DNA of 64,000 bases from Schizosaccharomyces osmophilus (taxonomy: Eukaryota). The position numbers were made by a program, and so were the translations under genes. This document shows positions 48,430 through 60,200 of the stretch, piece after piece. The notes below the pieces were generated by a model that was not told the origin of the DNA, did no database searches, and saw only the letters and a program-made list of their open reading frames with translations. The stretch covers positions 3,348,001 through 3,412,000 of the forward strand of contig NC_079238.1 of the NCBI RefSeq assembly GCF_027921745.1. Reading direction: 5' to 3'. How positions within the stretch are numbered: the stretch's first letter is position 1; each line of letters opens with the position of its first letter.

Positions 48430-50301
48430 CTAGGTAAAATCGTAAGGTTTGAAGTAAGATTTAAAGTCTTCCACATCCTTTTTTTCCGCTTCTTCCGTTT
48501 GACTACAATGTCTCCAATCTACTCTATCCTCAATACCAATAATTTTCGCAGTGGCACGTCTGCCAAATTGTAAATCAAATCTTTCTCGAAGGGAAAGTGT
48601 ATGGACTAGGATCTCACCAGTAGGAAGGAAAACTCGGAAATAGTTTAGCTCATGGGATCGAATATCACGCTCTTCGAAAGCGAACCCGGATTCTTTAGCT
48701 TGATTGGTAAAGTATTCTAAAGCCGTCGGGGAAAGAGCCTTTGGAATAGGAATGACTTGCCAATGGACGTGAACACCATTTGCTCTACTGATTTCATATA
48801 CAATCGCATCAGAATTGTGTGCGTTATACATTTGAGTAACAGCTTCGCGAAAACGATGTAACTCGTCGACGGTACTTTTGTAGGAAGAATCTGATAGCAA
48901 ACTTAAAGCAGAAGCGTGAGCAATAGGGATTATCAATACATGAGCGGGAAACGGAAGTTCAGGTGCATTGGTATCTTTGGTGGTAAGAGGTCCTTTTGGT
49001 AAAGCTAAGAGAAAGAAGTAATGGAATTAGCTTATATTTCTTACGCAACGAATTAAAGAGGACGTATATATTATTACTAACATACCCATATAAGCTTCAT
49101 TGCCAATAGCAACGATTAAATGAAGTGAAATAGAGGGATTACTAAGACAAAAGAAGCAAGCATCGGCTAATAAATAAGTAAATTAGTTGCGATGAAAAAA
49201 CCGTAATGAAGGAAAGCGTAACTCACGTCCAACTTTAGACTTCTTGAATCTAGTGAATCCTGACTCGGTCGAAATAGGACTATCAGGAGGAGGAATGACT
49301 TGTTCACTGGAGGCACGCTTGAGAGGGATGGGTCTCAAGACGAACGGTGAATCAGTACAGTTTGGAGGAACGTCTCCCACGTACTCACCGGTTAAGGGAT
49401 TCAAGGTAAATGCGTAAGCGAATTTTTCACCGGTTGGGTTTTTAAAAGGCGCAATGCCAAAAAAGCGAGACACCGTACCAGAGGGAACATTGACTGCAGA
49501 GTTTCTATAAGGCTCGCGTTCGTAATAGACGGGACTTGGTACAAAGAAGTATTGGGGCATACAATTTGCAGCCAAGGCGGCGACAGGAGCATTACCAGAA
49601 GGGAGGTTTCTACGAGGCAAAGAAGATTTGTTTTGAACGTTTTCAGGCCAGCTGTTGGAAAAAAGGATGTCACAGCGCTTGGAGAGAGTTTGAACGTCAG
49701 TAAGATGAAAAGAGCGTTCAGTCAAACTCTTTTCACGCTTATTCATAGGTTCATTGAACTTGACCTCGTCGTAGGTACCACCCAATTGAGCGATGGTAAA
49801 GCGGGAATACGTCTTCATGAAACCGCAAATACCCATGCAAAACAAGTTGGGACAGATTTCAGGGCCGTACATTGCCATGTGGGAGGTCACCGCTTCGGGC
49901 ATGCCAGCCGAACCAACGCCGAAATAAACTGGCAAAGGGACTGTTGATAGGGTTAGAAAAAAGGATTTTACTGAACATAGAGAAAATTAACGTACCCAAA
50001 AACTTTTCATTCTTTAACTTGGAAACAACAGCGGTAGGGGTCTTTCGAGTAAAGAGGTTTCCAAGACAAATGACAAATTTGAAATTGTGGGTTTTGTGAA
50101 GGTCTGCGATATACTCAAGGGCTTCAATGACACGGCCCTCGGCGGATCCAATGACCAAACTAAGCAACATTCGTTAGTAGCCGGCTTTTGGTTTATAGAA
50201 CTCATAAGTGAAATCGAAACCAAAGTCAAACATTTGGAATCTTTATGAAAATTTAGAGAAAAGCTCTTTACTTACACTTTAGAAGGTTTAGGAACCTTCA
50301 T
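48430..50301 (-). CDS. mug161: CwfJ/CWF19L1 (Drn1-like) debranching-associated protein; exons 50301-50276, 50159-49996, 49940-49227, 49166-49086, 49004-48430
   Basis: Pseudo-metallophosphoesterase N-terminus (ICLGNLF, YYEREPY); CFFCLSNP, KGPLT, GHVLIIPIAH, FDLQFGR CwfJ motifs. Confidence 0.9.
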
Positions 50302-51760
50302 GATGAATCAAAGAGAGCGACACCAAAGAAATATTAGACGGGAATATAAAGAAGGTAATTTTAAAAAGCAGAAAGTTATTTGTTTGTTTCTTTCTTTGCT
50401 TTTTTTTTTTCTCTTTCGTTTGTCTAAGAATCTAAACGGAAACGAATAGCAGCAGGATGGAATAAACTCAAAGTAGAGTGTGAATGCTTGTCTTTTTGCA
50501 CGTTGTGAAACAGCCTCAACAACAAGCAATTAGCAAATACCAAATAGCACTAGTACTATCACTAGTCACTAGTAGTCAAAGTTAATGGATAGAAGCCGTT
50601 GGGGCTACTAGGAGAGGAAGGGGAGGACGAAAGAACCAGAACCTATTCAGGGTTAAGGGTTCAAAGAAATACAAAGAAAATAATGAAAATCAAGAAAGAC
50701 TAAAAAAAGAAAAATAATGAGAAAATCGAAATGAGCCGGTCTCAAGAAAAAGGATCAAAGGGATAAAAAGATGAATCGATGGAAACCCGTATGTAAAGTA
50801 GAGTATCTTCTTGTACTGGTCGTAATGGTTTTCTTTCTTTCTAATTCTTTTTTTTTTTTTTTTTTTTTCTATCAAACAAAACAAAAAGGGAGGGATGCAA
50901 GAGAAAGAGAAATAAACAGAGGAAGAATAAGAATGAAAGAGAACTAACTATTCTATACCAAAGTACAAGAGGCTTTTTCCCTCTATTTAGTTATTTTTTT
51001 TTAATAAAAAAAAGGAAAGCAGAATACTTTCTACAAAGATGGAAATTATTTACACTACAAATTAAAGACTAGGAGTCAATAAGAACAATTGGCATATGGG
51101 TTGTTGCAATGGGAAAACCGAACCGGGATATCTTAACGTTTAAAGGGAATGAAAAAGGGAAGGGTCAAGCTTAACTATAGATTGTATATAAATCAAATTT
51201 CGTATACGTATGTATCTCGTGTTTCCGTATTAGGGTTCTGCTGTCGTCAATCCCAGTAAACAATGATGTCTATGATGAAGTAGCAAGGTATTTTGTGCGT
51301 CCATAGATCCACACAAATCGAGGCTAGCGGACCAACGGTAAAGTAATAAAAAAACAGAGTTTGAAATTTCGGAAAGAATTCACTTTATCAGGTGAACATC
51401 AATTTTCTGATTGCTTCGCATTGTTTATTTTTTACATTTCATCGAACCTTACCCCTCTTCCGAGGAACGGATTTGCTAAATACTCGGCTCATGAAGGAAC
51501 CGTGCCTATTTTGCCTATGGACAAGCTTCGCCTCCTTTGAAAGAGGAGAGGAAGGGAAAGGAAGGGAACTTGGGTTTCTTCCTGTTGTCTGTCCTCTTTA
51601 GAGGCTTTGCTGTCCAAGCCGCATGAAGATTGGGGAAGGAATGGATTCGACTAGACGGTTTCTCTAGGAGAGAGAAAGGAAGGAAGGAAGCAATGGGTAT
51701 CGGTCATACTGAGGAAACTAGAATGAAACTACTATAGAGTCATTATGACCATGGATGGTT

Positions 51761-51809
51761 TGCTATGCTATGCTATGCTGTTGTTGTTATGTTGTTGTTA
51801 TGTTGTTGC
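51761..51809. repeat. Compound microsatellite (TGCTA)n/(TGT)n
   Basis: tgctatgctatgctatgctgttgttgttatgttgttgttatgttgttgc. Confidence 0.8.
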
Positions 51810-52481
51810 AAACACAATTCTATTTGGAATGAAATAGAAAATCCAAGCGGACGATTTTTGGACGATTTTTTTTATCGTACTCATTTTTTCTCTTGTTGGA
51901 TGGTTCCCCTCGTCGTCAACTACAGAAACTCTTATTTTTTTACTCACTACGTCCTGCTACAACGCTACGCATACCCTTTGTATCATCTTGCGATGATTTC
52001 ATCGTATTGATTGTATCCTTAACCATCGTACATGTGTCGAAAACCCATTTACTGCGATGTAACGTACCATAAAGTAGTTTTACAAATAATCCCAAAAGTC
52101 GAAAACAACGACAACAACAGAATTCAACAAAACGACGAAACCCCTGTTTCCCAAGTGTCCAAGTTACGACTCGCACGCACTCCTGCTTCGTCGTTCCGTA
52201 ATCACAATCGCTCATAGTTCCCGGCCCCCGCGACTCAAGGTCTTTTAAATTTCACGAACCGTCCTTCTTGGCTTGTACTCTTTCTTACTTTCTTTCTTTC
52301 AAGATTGATTCGTTTGCTTTCCATTTATTTATTATATTTTTGTTGTTGTGGGTATTATTCTAGTGTATTTCTTTTCCTACTCGTTTTGTTGTGATTTGTG
52401 GTGATTTTTTTTGTGTTCTTAAACTTTTTTTATTTTATTTGTTTTTTGTGTGGTGTTAGTTTCATTCTGGTTTTCAAAACA

Positions 52482-53768
52482 ATGGACCATGCTACTTGGC
52501 AGCCCTTGCTTGTCTCTTTCTTGTCCTCCCTCCCGGCAGGATCAAGTTTACTAGAGAGTACGAAAACGGTTTCAGGCGATCCCTTGGGGAAAATTTTGCA
52601 TAATCAACAATATTCTTCCATGCAATCTTTCCTAAAGGACTGGCATGCCATTTGCTATCAAGGAATTCATGACCACGATCCTAGCGAATCTATATATTGG
52701 GATATCGATCGTACCTATTTTCTCCTCAAACAGTCTCTTTCAACAGAGGCAAGCCGAAACGGCGAATTTGATACTGAAGATGCTTCTATACCAGAGGCCA
52801 GCAGCAGCCCTTCCTTATTTTTCGAAAATTGTATGTTTCTGAAAATGCATTTGATCACTCATAGTTTGCTAACCCTTTTTTTTTCTTTTTTAGCCCTTTA
52901 TCCTCAATTTAAATCTCATGCCTTGATGATGCTGGGTCCAACGGGACCTATGTTCACTTCGCCTGCTCATCTTTCACGCTTAGATTCACGTCTTCCGGAT
53001 GGCGGTATTGTTGCAAAGCCAGTCGCCGTTATGGCTTCTCCTGCATATGGGTCTGCAAGCGATGTCTCCCTCAGCAAGTTTCCCGCTCCTCCCGCTTCTC
53101 CCAAAACCTCCAATGCCGTAGGCAACGTTCACCCTTCTTCTTTACAATACCCAACCCAAAAACTCCTTTCTCTTGACTCCTTTTCTTCGTTTTCTCCCAT
53201 CCGAAACACTTCCTCAACCGTCATTTCCGACAATACTTATAAAACCGTCTCCACATATTACCAGTCTGATAGATATCATAAATTATTAGACTCTGAATCT
53301 GTTGATGTGGATTTCATCCAAGAGAACCTCGGCGTTGTAGAAGAGGATGTTTTTTCTGACGCTCCACTTCGCCATGACCTGTTACATGTTTATACTCTAC
53401 TTCAACGCCTTCAAAATCTACAAAATGTTAGATTGGATTCCCCTTCGCCCCCTGATACACCGTCTTTAGAAGAACGCTCGATTGCTTCTGAAGTGGGTGC
53501 TTTGCTGTCAAAACTAATTTTAACCTACAATCTGTCCCCTTCCGATTTACCTATTCCCGATACTCAATTACCTTTCACAAAGTTTGGTCCACAAATCCAA
53601 GGCTCGTTACCCCCAACTGCACAACCATTTGAAACGACTGCTCAGGTTCAATCTAGAGCAGGCCAAATGTCTGCTCGAGGAAATTCTGCCTTAATGAATG
53701 GTACTTATGGTCAGTATTCTTCTGATGCCCCTATCCAATCCTACAAGCGCAGTAAATCACGGCGGTAA
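52482..53768 (+). CDS. rsc58: RSC complex subunit Rsc58; exons 52482-52830, 52894-53768
   Basis: Bromodomain-like QYSSMQSFLKDW, GPMFTS, FSSFSPI..SSTVI; GTATGT..GCTAAC..TAG intron; identity rests mainly on synteny. Confidence 0.72.
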   Translation: MDHATWQPLLVSFLSSLPAGSSLLESTKTVSGDPLGKILHNQQYSSMQSFLKDWHAICYQGIHDHDPSESIYWDIDRTYFLLKQSLSTEASRNGEFDTEDASIPEASSSPSLFFENCMFLKMHLITHSLLTLFFSFLALYPQFKSHALMMLGPTGPMFTSPAHLSRLDSRLPDGGIVAKPVAVMASPAYGSASDVSLSKFPAPPASPKTSNAVGNVHPSSLQYPTQKLLSLDSFSSFSPIRNTSSTVISDNTYKTVSTYYQSDRYHKLLDSESVDVDFIQENLGVVEEDVFSDAPLRHDLLHVYTLLQRLQNLQNVRLDSPSPPDTPSLEERSIASEVGALLSKLILTYNLSPSDLPIPDTQLPFTKFGPQIQGSLPPTAQPFETTAQVQSRAGQMSARGNSALMNGTYGQYSSDAPIQSYKRSKSRR

Positions 53769-54240
53769 GTAAACTCGTACGTATCGCTACAATTCTTTGA
53801 TTTGTTAGAGTCTTTAATATCTATTCATTCTTTGTGAGTTTCGTTTAAACAGCTATATATCTTAGTGCATTCTGCTTAAATCACAGAAACCAAAGCTTAA
53901 AGTAAAGTAAACAATATATATATTATTTCTGTGTAAATTTGTATCCCCCGTAAACTACATGATTTCTATCGACCTAGTCGTAGTAACCAACAACCTTTGA
54001 TCGGCTTTTCCTCTATTTATTCCAAAACCTGTAAAAAAGACGAATAAAGCGAAAAACTTCAAAGTGAGCAGGACAACATTAACAAAGATTTAATAAAAAT
54101 AATCTAATAGAGTTACAATATTATCAAGTGGCTTCGTTACAACGAGGAAAATCTCTACACTTGCACGCTAAAAGTCATAAAGACTTGGAATTTCCCGAAC
54201 AACGCGTCAAAGCAAGAGCTGTTTATAGTTCACAGTGCCC

Positions 54241-57200
54241 ATGTCGAATCAGACGCCCACGTCTCCTTCACTCTCTGATTCGGGGGATGATGATTCTCTT
54301 AACACTGTTTTAAGTCCAATATCTCCTTTTGCACATCTAGATTTGGAAACTCCAAAGCCTCCGAAAACAAAAGCTTTGGGTAAACATCTGACGGAAAACA
54401 ACAATGCCATTAATCAAGACGAGTTCTCTACCCCCACTGCTCGCCCAGAAAAAGGAAGAAGGGTATTGAGCGAAGGAGAGGCCCCTCTACAAAGTGAATC
54501 TGAAGAAACTCATCAATTAACCCCGCGAAGTCCAGGTTCTACCTCTAATACTAGCTGGATGCTAACGCGAGGAGGATTGTTTGATAGTCCTATTTATGAT
54601 CTAAAGTCTGTCACACAAAATTCCAACTTAATCGCTGATCTAAGGGCGGTCCGATCAAAGTTGGCGACCTTAGAGCATGAAAATGGACTCCTTTCAATGC
54701 AATTAATGTCAGAATCAAACCGTGAAGGTTGGGAAAAGGATCCTTCGGACATAGATGCTTTAGCGTCTAGTGAAGATTATCAATATTTTCAAAAGAAGGT
54801 TTCAGAATTAGAATCAACCTTGTCATCTAAGCAATCTGAAGCTTATGAGTTGTCAAGACAGCTCTTAAATGTCACGCAAAGGCTTGACCAAAGGGAAAAG
54901 GAATATGAGACTGTAGTTCAAGATGTGAAAATGATGAAGGATAAGGTGGATCACGATCAAGTCTCAAATTCTGACCTTCGCGCTGAGCAAGAAAGACTAC
55001 AAAGACTATTAGTCAGTTCGAATAATACGATTGGGTCCTTGAGACAGGCAGAAACTAGCTTACGTAGCCAGTGCAAAGATTTAGAAGAAAGAATGTCAGC
55101 TTTGAACGAATCAAATTCCAATAAGGATGAAATCAAAGCTTATGAAGAGAAGTTGCAGGATCTTTCCAATCAACTCAAATCAAAGGAACATATCATTGAA
55201 ACTTTGAGAGAAGACAATCAATCGTTCAAGGGTGCTTCCACGGACAATTCTGAACTTGCCGAGAAAAACAGAAAATTAGAAAAGATCCTCAGAAGCTCTA
55301 TTTCTAGTTTAAAAGAATCGAAAGAAGACAGTACGAGTATGCAAAAGAAAATTCGTGATTTGGAAGGTCGTTCTAGCGATTTGCAATCTAAACTAAAAGC
55401 TCTGGAGGATGAGACAGGCGAATTTGATTCTGTTAAGCGACATCTTCAAGCTAGCTTAGAAGAATCGAACCACAAGCTTTTGGAAAAGACTAAGAATTTA
55501 ACTAATGCGAATCAACAACTTCAGGGACTTGAAGCTCGTATTACGGATACCAATAATAACCTCAGTTCGATCACATATGAGCGCGATCAAAATTCTTTGG
55601 AGATCAAGGATTTGCACAACAGGATTACAGAATTGCAGAACTTGGTTACTTCCTCTTCCAAGTCTCTAGAAATGAGTCAAAGTACTACAGCGCAGAAAGA
55701 GGATGAGTGTTCTAAACTAAATTCGTTGCTTGAGAAAAAAGAACGCTTAATATCTGAATCTGAGAATGAACTTATAAGTACAAATCAGTATATTGATACG
55801 TTGAAAGATCAAGTTGCTAAGTACGAGGACAACATCGAAAATTTAACTTCAGAGTTGAACGAAAGAAGAAACGTTATAAACAAGCTTGGGGATGAATATA
55901 AAAGTTTAAGTGTATCTAGAGATGAAGAACGAGCTGAGAAGGAACATGCTCAGAAGGCAGTTGGAGATGTCCAAGAACTATGTAAGGCATTTCAAGATAG
56001 ATTAAAGGAATCAACCGTAAATATGCGGAACATGGAAAAGCTGCTGGAAGAATCTCAAAGTACAAATATACATGAGGCTGATGATCTCAAAGAAGAACTA
56101 AATGAGATAAAATCATCTCTAAACGAAAAAGATTCTTACATTCATCATCTGAATGAACAAATTGCGTCTTTGGAGACAGACTTTAGTGACCTTCAAGTCA
56201 AAAATGAAGCGCAAAAACAGAGTCATGAGTCTCTAAAGACAAGTTTTGCAGAGTTACAGAAGAAATTGAAGTACTCACAAGAAGTGAATAATGACATGGA
56301 AAGTCAAATCAAAACTCTTAGGGACTCTTTGTCCAAGCTAGACGAGACCGAAGGTTCTCTCAAAAGACTTGAAGAGCATAATCAGAATTTAAGTGATCAA
56401 CTGAATGGTTACAAGAATCAAGTAGAAGAGAAAGAAAACTTAAGCATTGCCCATGAAGATTTAAGAAAGTTGAAGGATAATCTTGAAAGTAAGCTTAATT
56501 CCTGCCAAAGATTATATGATGATTCACAGTCTGAAATATCTCAGTTGAAGTCTGTGAATGAATCTTTAGAGGCTAAGCACTCTACATTTAACTCTTCTTT
56601 CGAAAAAATTTCAGATGAATTGCAAAATGTAATAGAAATGAGAGATGAAACTTACAAAGACTATTTCCGGCTTAAGGAATGCTTGTCATCTTTGACAGAA
56701 GAATATAAGGAGCTTTCAGTTGACTATTCGGCATTGAAGCAGAAATTTCAAAATTCTGAGGGGTTTAATAATAATCTTCAGCTTACATCCTCTAAACTTT
56801 CTGAGGAGAGTAAGCACCTCAAATCTTCTCTTCAAAATGTTTTCTCTTCCCTTTCGGAAACTAGAGTAGAGATGAGTTCTTTGACTGAGGCTAATTATAG
56901 ACTTCAAGGTGAGTTAGCTGTGTTGCGAAGCAATCATGAAGGCGTTACTAATCAGCTTAATTCTGATCGAGAGAAGTTTAATGAAACTAATGGTCTGTAC
57001 GAGTCCTTAATACAATCGGCTACAGAAACAGAGAAAAGCTTACGAGCCGAAAAAGACGATAATGATGAAAAGGTTCACACATTAGAACAAGAAAAGGAAG
57101 CTTTGTTTAAAGAAAAAGAAGATTTAAACCAGAAAGCATGCTTGCTGGCAGAAGAACTTGAAGAGAATATAAAGAAGTTGTCTAACTTGGATGCTGTACA

Positions 57201-60200
57201 CAACTCACAAGAGGAAGAATTTAAGATTTTAAAAGATGAGCTATCTGAAAAATCGCAAAGTCTTGACCAGACTATGGAGTTGGTAAAGCATCTCAAGGAG
57301 GAGAAGTCTACGAGTGACATAGAGTTCAAACATATCGTGTCTTCGAAAGAAAATGTGCAAGAAGAACTAATTACTTTGAAAGAAAAATTGGTAACCTTAG
57401 AGCAGTCCTTGAAAGATCAAAGTGCTGAGAAGGAAACTTTAAGTCAACAGCTCATGAAATCCCAAGATAATATTTCTGCCCTAGAGAAAGATCAAGAAAG
57501 TGTATTGTTTGAGAAGAATAAACTTCAAAAGCTTAAAGATGATACTGAGCAGGCCCTTAATTCTGTCCAACAATCTCATTCTTTTCTATCTGAAGAACAT
57601 CATTTACTACGCGATGAATACCGATCTTTGGAGGATGCTTTTTCTAAGTTGAAAGAATTGAATCAGAAGTTGATAGAAAAAATTAGCTACGCTGAAGACT
57701 CAAGTAAACAGCTTGAAGAAAAGAATGCCATTATGGATAATAAACTTTTGGTTGCTACAAGTCAAATAACGGAGACAGAAGCTGCGATGTCACAGAAATG
57801 CAAAGAATTTTCTGAGCTGCAGAACGAAAAAGATTTCCTTAGTCAACAGCTCTCTGAGGCTGAAGATTTGACTAAACAACATCAAGAAAAGAATGCCATT
57901 TTGGATAATAAACTTTTGGATGCTACAAGTCAAATAACGAAGACGGAAGCTGCGATGTCACAGAAATGCAAAGAATTTTCTGAGTTGCAGAACGAAAATG
58001 ATTTCCTTAGTCAACAGCTCTCTAAGGCTGAAGATTTAACTAAACAACATGAAGAAAAGAATGCTATTTTGGATAATAAACTTTTGGTTGTTACAAACCA
58101 AATAAGGGAGGTAGAAGCTGCGATGTCACAGAAATGCAAAGAATTTTCTGAGTTGCAAAATGAAAAAGATTTCCTTAATCAACAGTTCTCTGATGCTGAA
58201 GAAAATATTTCTTCACTTCGTGAAGTTATTGGTCAGTGTGAAAGTAATAAGAAGGAATTGTTGACAAAGATTGATACCCTAGGAAAAGACAATGATGAGC
58301 TGAACAGTCTGAAGATAGCATTCTGTGAAGCATATAGTTTTTTGATCAATTCAACCAAAATTCTGCCTTCAGTTGATGTTTCGGCATCAAGTCTGAAAGA
58401 TCCATCAGAAATAAAGAAGGCGACTTCTGTATTTATAAAATGCTTTAACGATTTGAGTAGCATGTTACAGAAGAAAGAGAAAGAGTTACATGACAGCAAT
58501 CAAGGTGCTGACAAGCTATCGAATGACTTGAGAGACGTCAAATCAGATCTGGATGCACTCACACAGTGTTTCAATAATACTCAAGAAGATTATAATTCTC
58601 GTGAAAACAGTTTGCTTACCCAGCTAAGAGAATTGAACTTGCAAGTTGATTCACACTCGAAATCAATTGAAAATGATTATTTGGAATTACAAAGAAAGGA
58701 CGAGTTTATTGATAACTTAAACCAAAAAATAAGCAATTTGCAAAGAGAACTGGAAATCAGCAACGAGGAAGTTAACACTCAAAGATCAGATTCAGAAAAG
58801 AAACAAGCACTCGTAAGCGAGTTGACTGAAAAGGTTGAACTTATAACCAAAGAAAAACGATCGCTATCAGAAGAGTTAACTAGCATGAAAGAAAAAGTAA
58901 GCGATAGATTGTCCGCAACTAAGGAAGAGCTTCATTCTGCTCTGAAGGATCTGACAAAGAAAACCAATGAAACTAAGGAAATGAGTATTGACTTGAAGAA
59001 TGTGAAAAAACAAAGTGATGAACATGTAAAATTGATTAAGCACTATCAAGTTGATTTGCGAAAATCATCGAATACGATAGAGCAGCATTTAGCAACTATT
59101 GTTTCCCTTAAAAAAATATTATCCGAAAATAAGGAAGAACTGGAAGCCTCTTCTAAGGAGACCAATGCTTTAGTTCAAAACTTAGAAGCTGAGAAAGGAA
59201 GATTTTTGGAGGATTTGGAGCTAAAGCGTGCATTGATAACAGAGCAGGATGAGAGGATCGAATCCCTCCAACAATCCAAGGACAACTCTGAAAATGAAAT
59301 GGCCACATTAGAAGAGGAGTTTCATACATTGAAGGATGCTAGCAAAGAGCATGTCCAGAAATTGCAGGATACCGAGTACAAGGTAAATAATCTTCAAAGC
59401 TTACTTGATAGAAGCAATGAAGAGCTTTTATTCAAAGAGAAGCAACTTAAAGAATTACAGTCTGTTCAAGAATCATTGACTTCTGTCCAAAATGAGTTTA
59501 AATTAAAATGCAGTAATCTAAGCTCGTTAGAGGACATTTTAACAGGAACGCAAGCACATAACACAGAGCTCGAAGGAGAAGTCAAACGTTCTATGGAGAG
59601 AATTAAGAGAAGAGATGATCGTTGTGACCATTTGGCTTCCAAAGTAAAGAAACTACATCAGCAATTAAGTCAACAGCATGACACATTTTTCGAAGCCGAA
59701 CAGAAGCGTATCTTGCAATTGAGCAACCTGAAGGACTTCGTAAAGAAGCAGGATAAGCACTTAAAGAAGCTTGCTCAGAAACAGGACGAATTGATTCCCA
59801 GAAGCACTATATTAGTCTACGAGTCTTATATAAAGGATATTGAGAAAGAAATTATAATTCTTCAAGAACGTTTGAATTCTCTAGAGTTATCGCAGCAAGT
59901 ACCGAGAGGATTATTTAGGTTTTTTGGGGGAAGGACCAACACGTTCGAACCAGAAGTTATGGAAGTCTTCAAACGACAACTTGGAAAGTTACAAAACATT
60001 GTTGGCCCTAAATTTTCTGATAAGTTCAAAGAAGATTTAGATCATTGTATAATCGACGAAAAGAATCGTCAAGCTGCATATTTTGATTATAAGCAAAAGG
60101 CTGACCATTTAGCAGAATGTCTTCAAGCTTTGCAGTATGCTTTAGACAGGGAGATTAATTTTAAGAAGTCTTTGGCATTATGGAAAACGGCATGCTATGA

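Noticed and set aside
51272..51410. Possible box C/D snoRNA (ATGATGA ... CTGA)
   Set aside because: No terminal stem, no clear C'/D' boxes and no rRNA-complementary guide recognised
52398..52481. Hydrophobic N-terminal extension of the Rsc58 ORF
   Set aside because: Starts at GTG in a T-rich UTR; first ATG in good context is 52482
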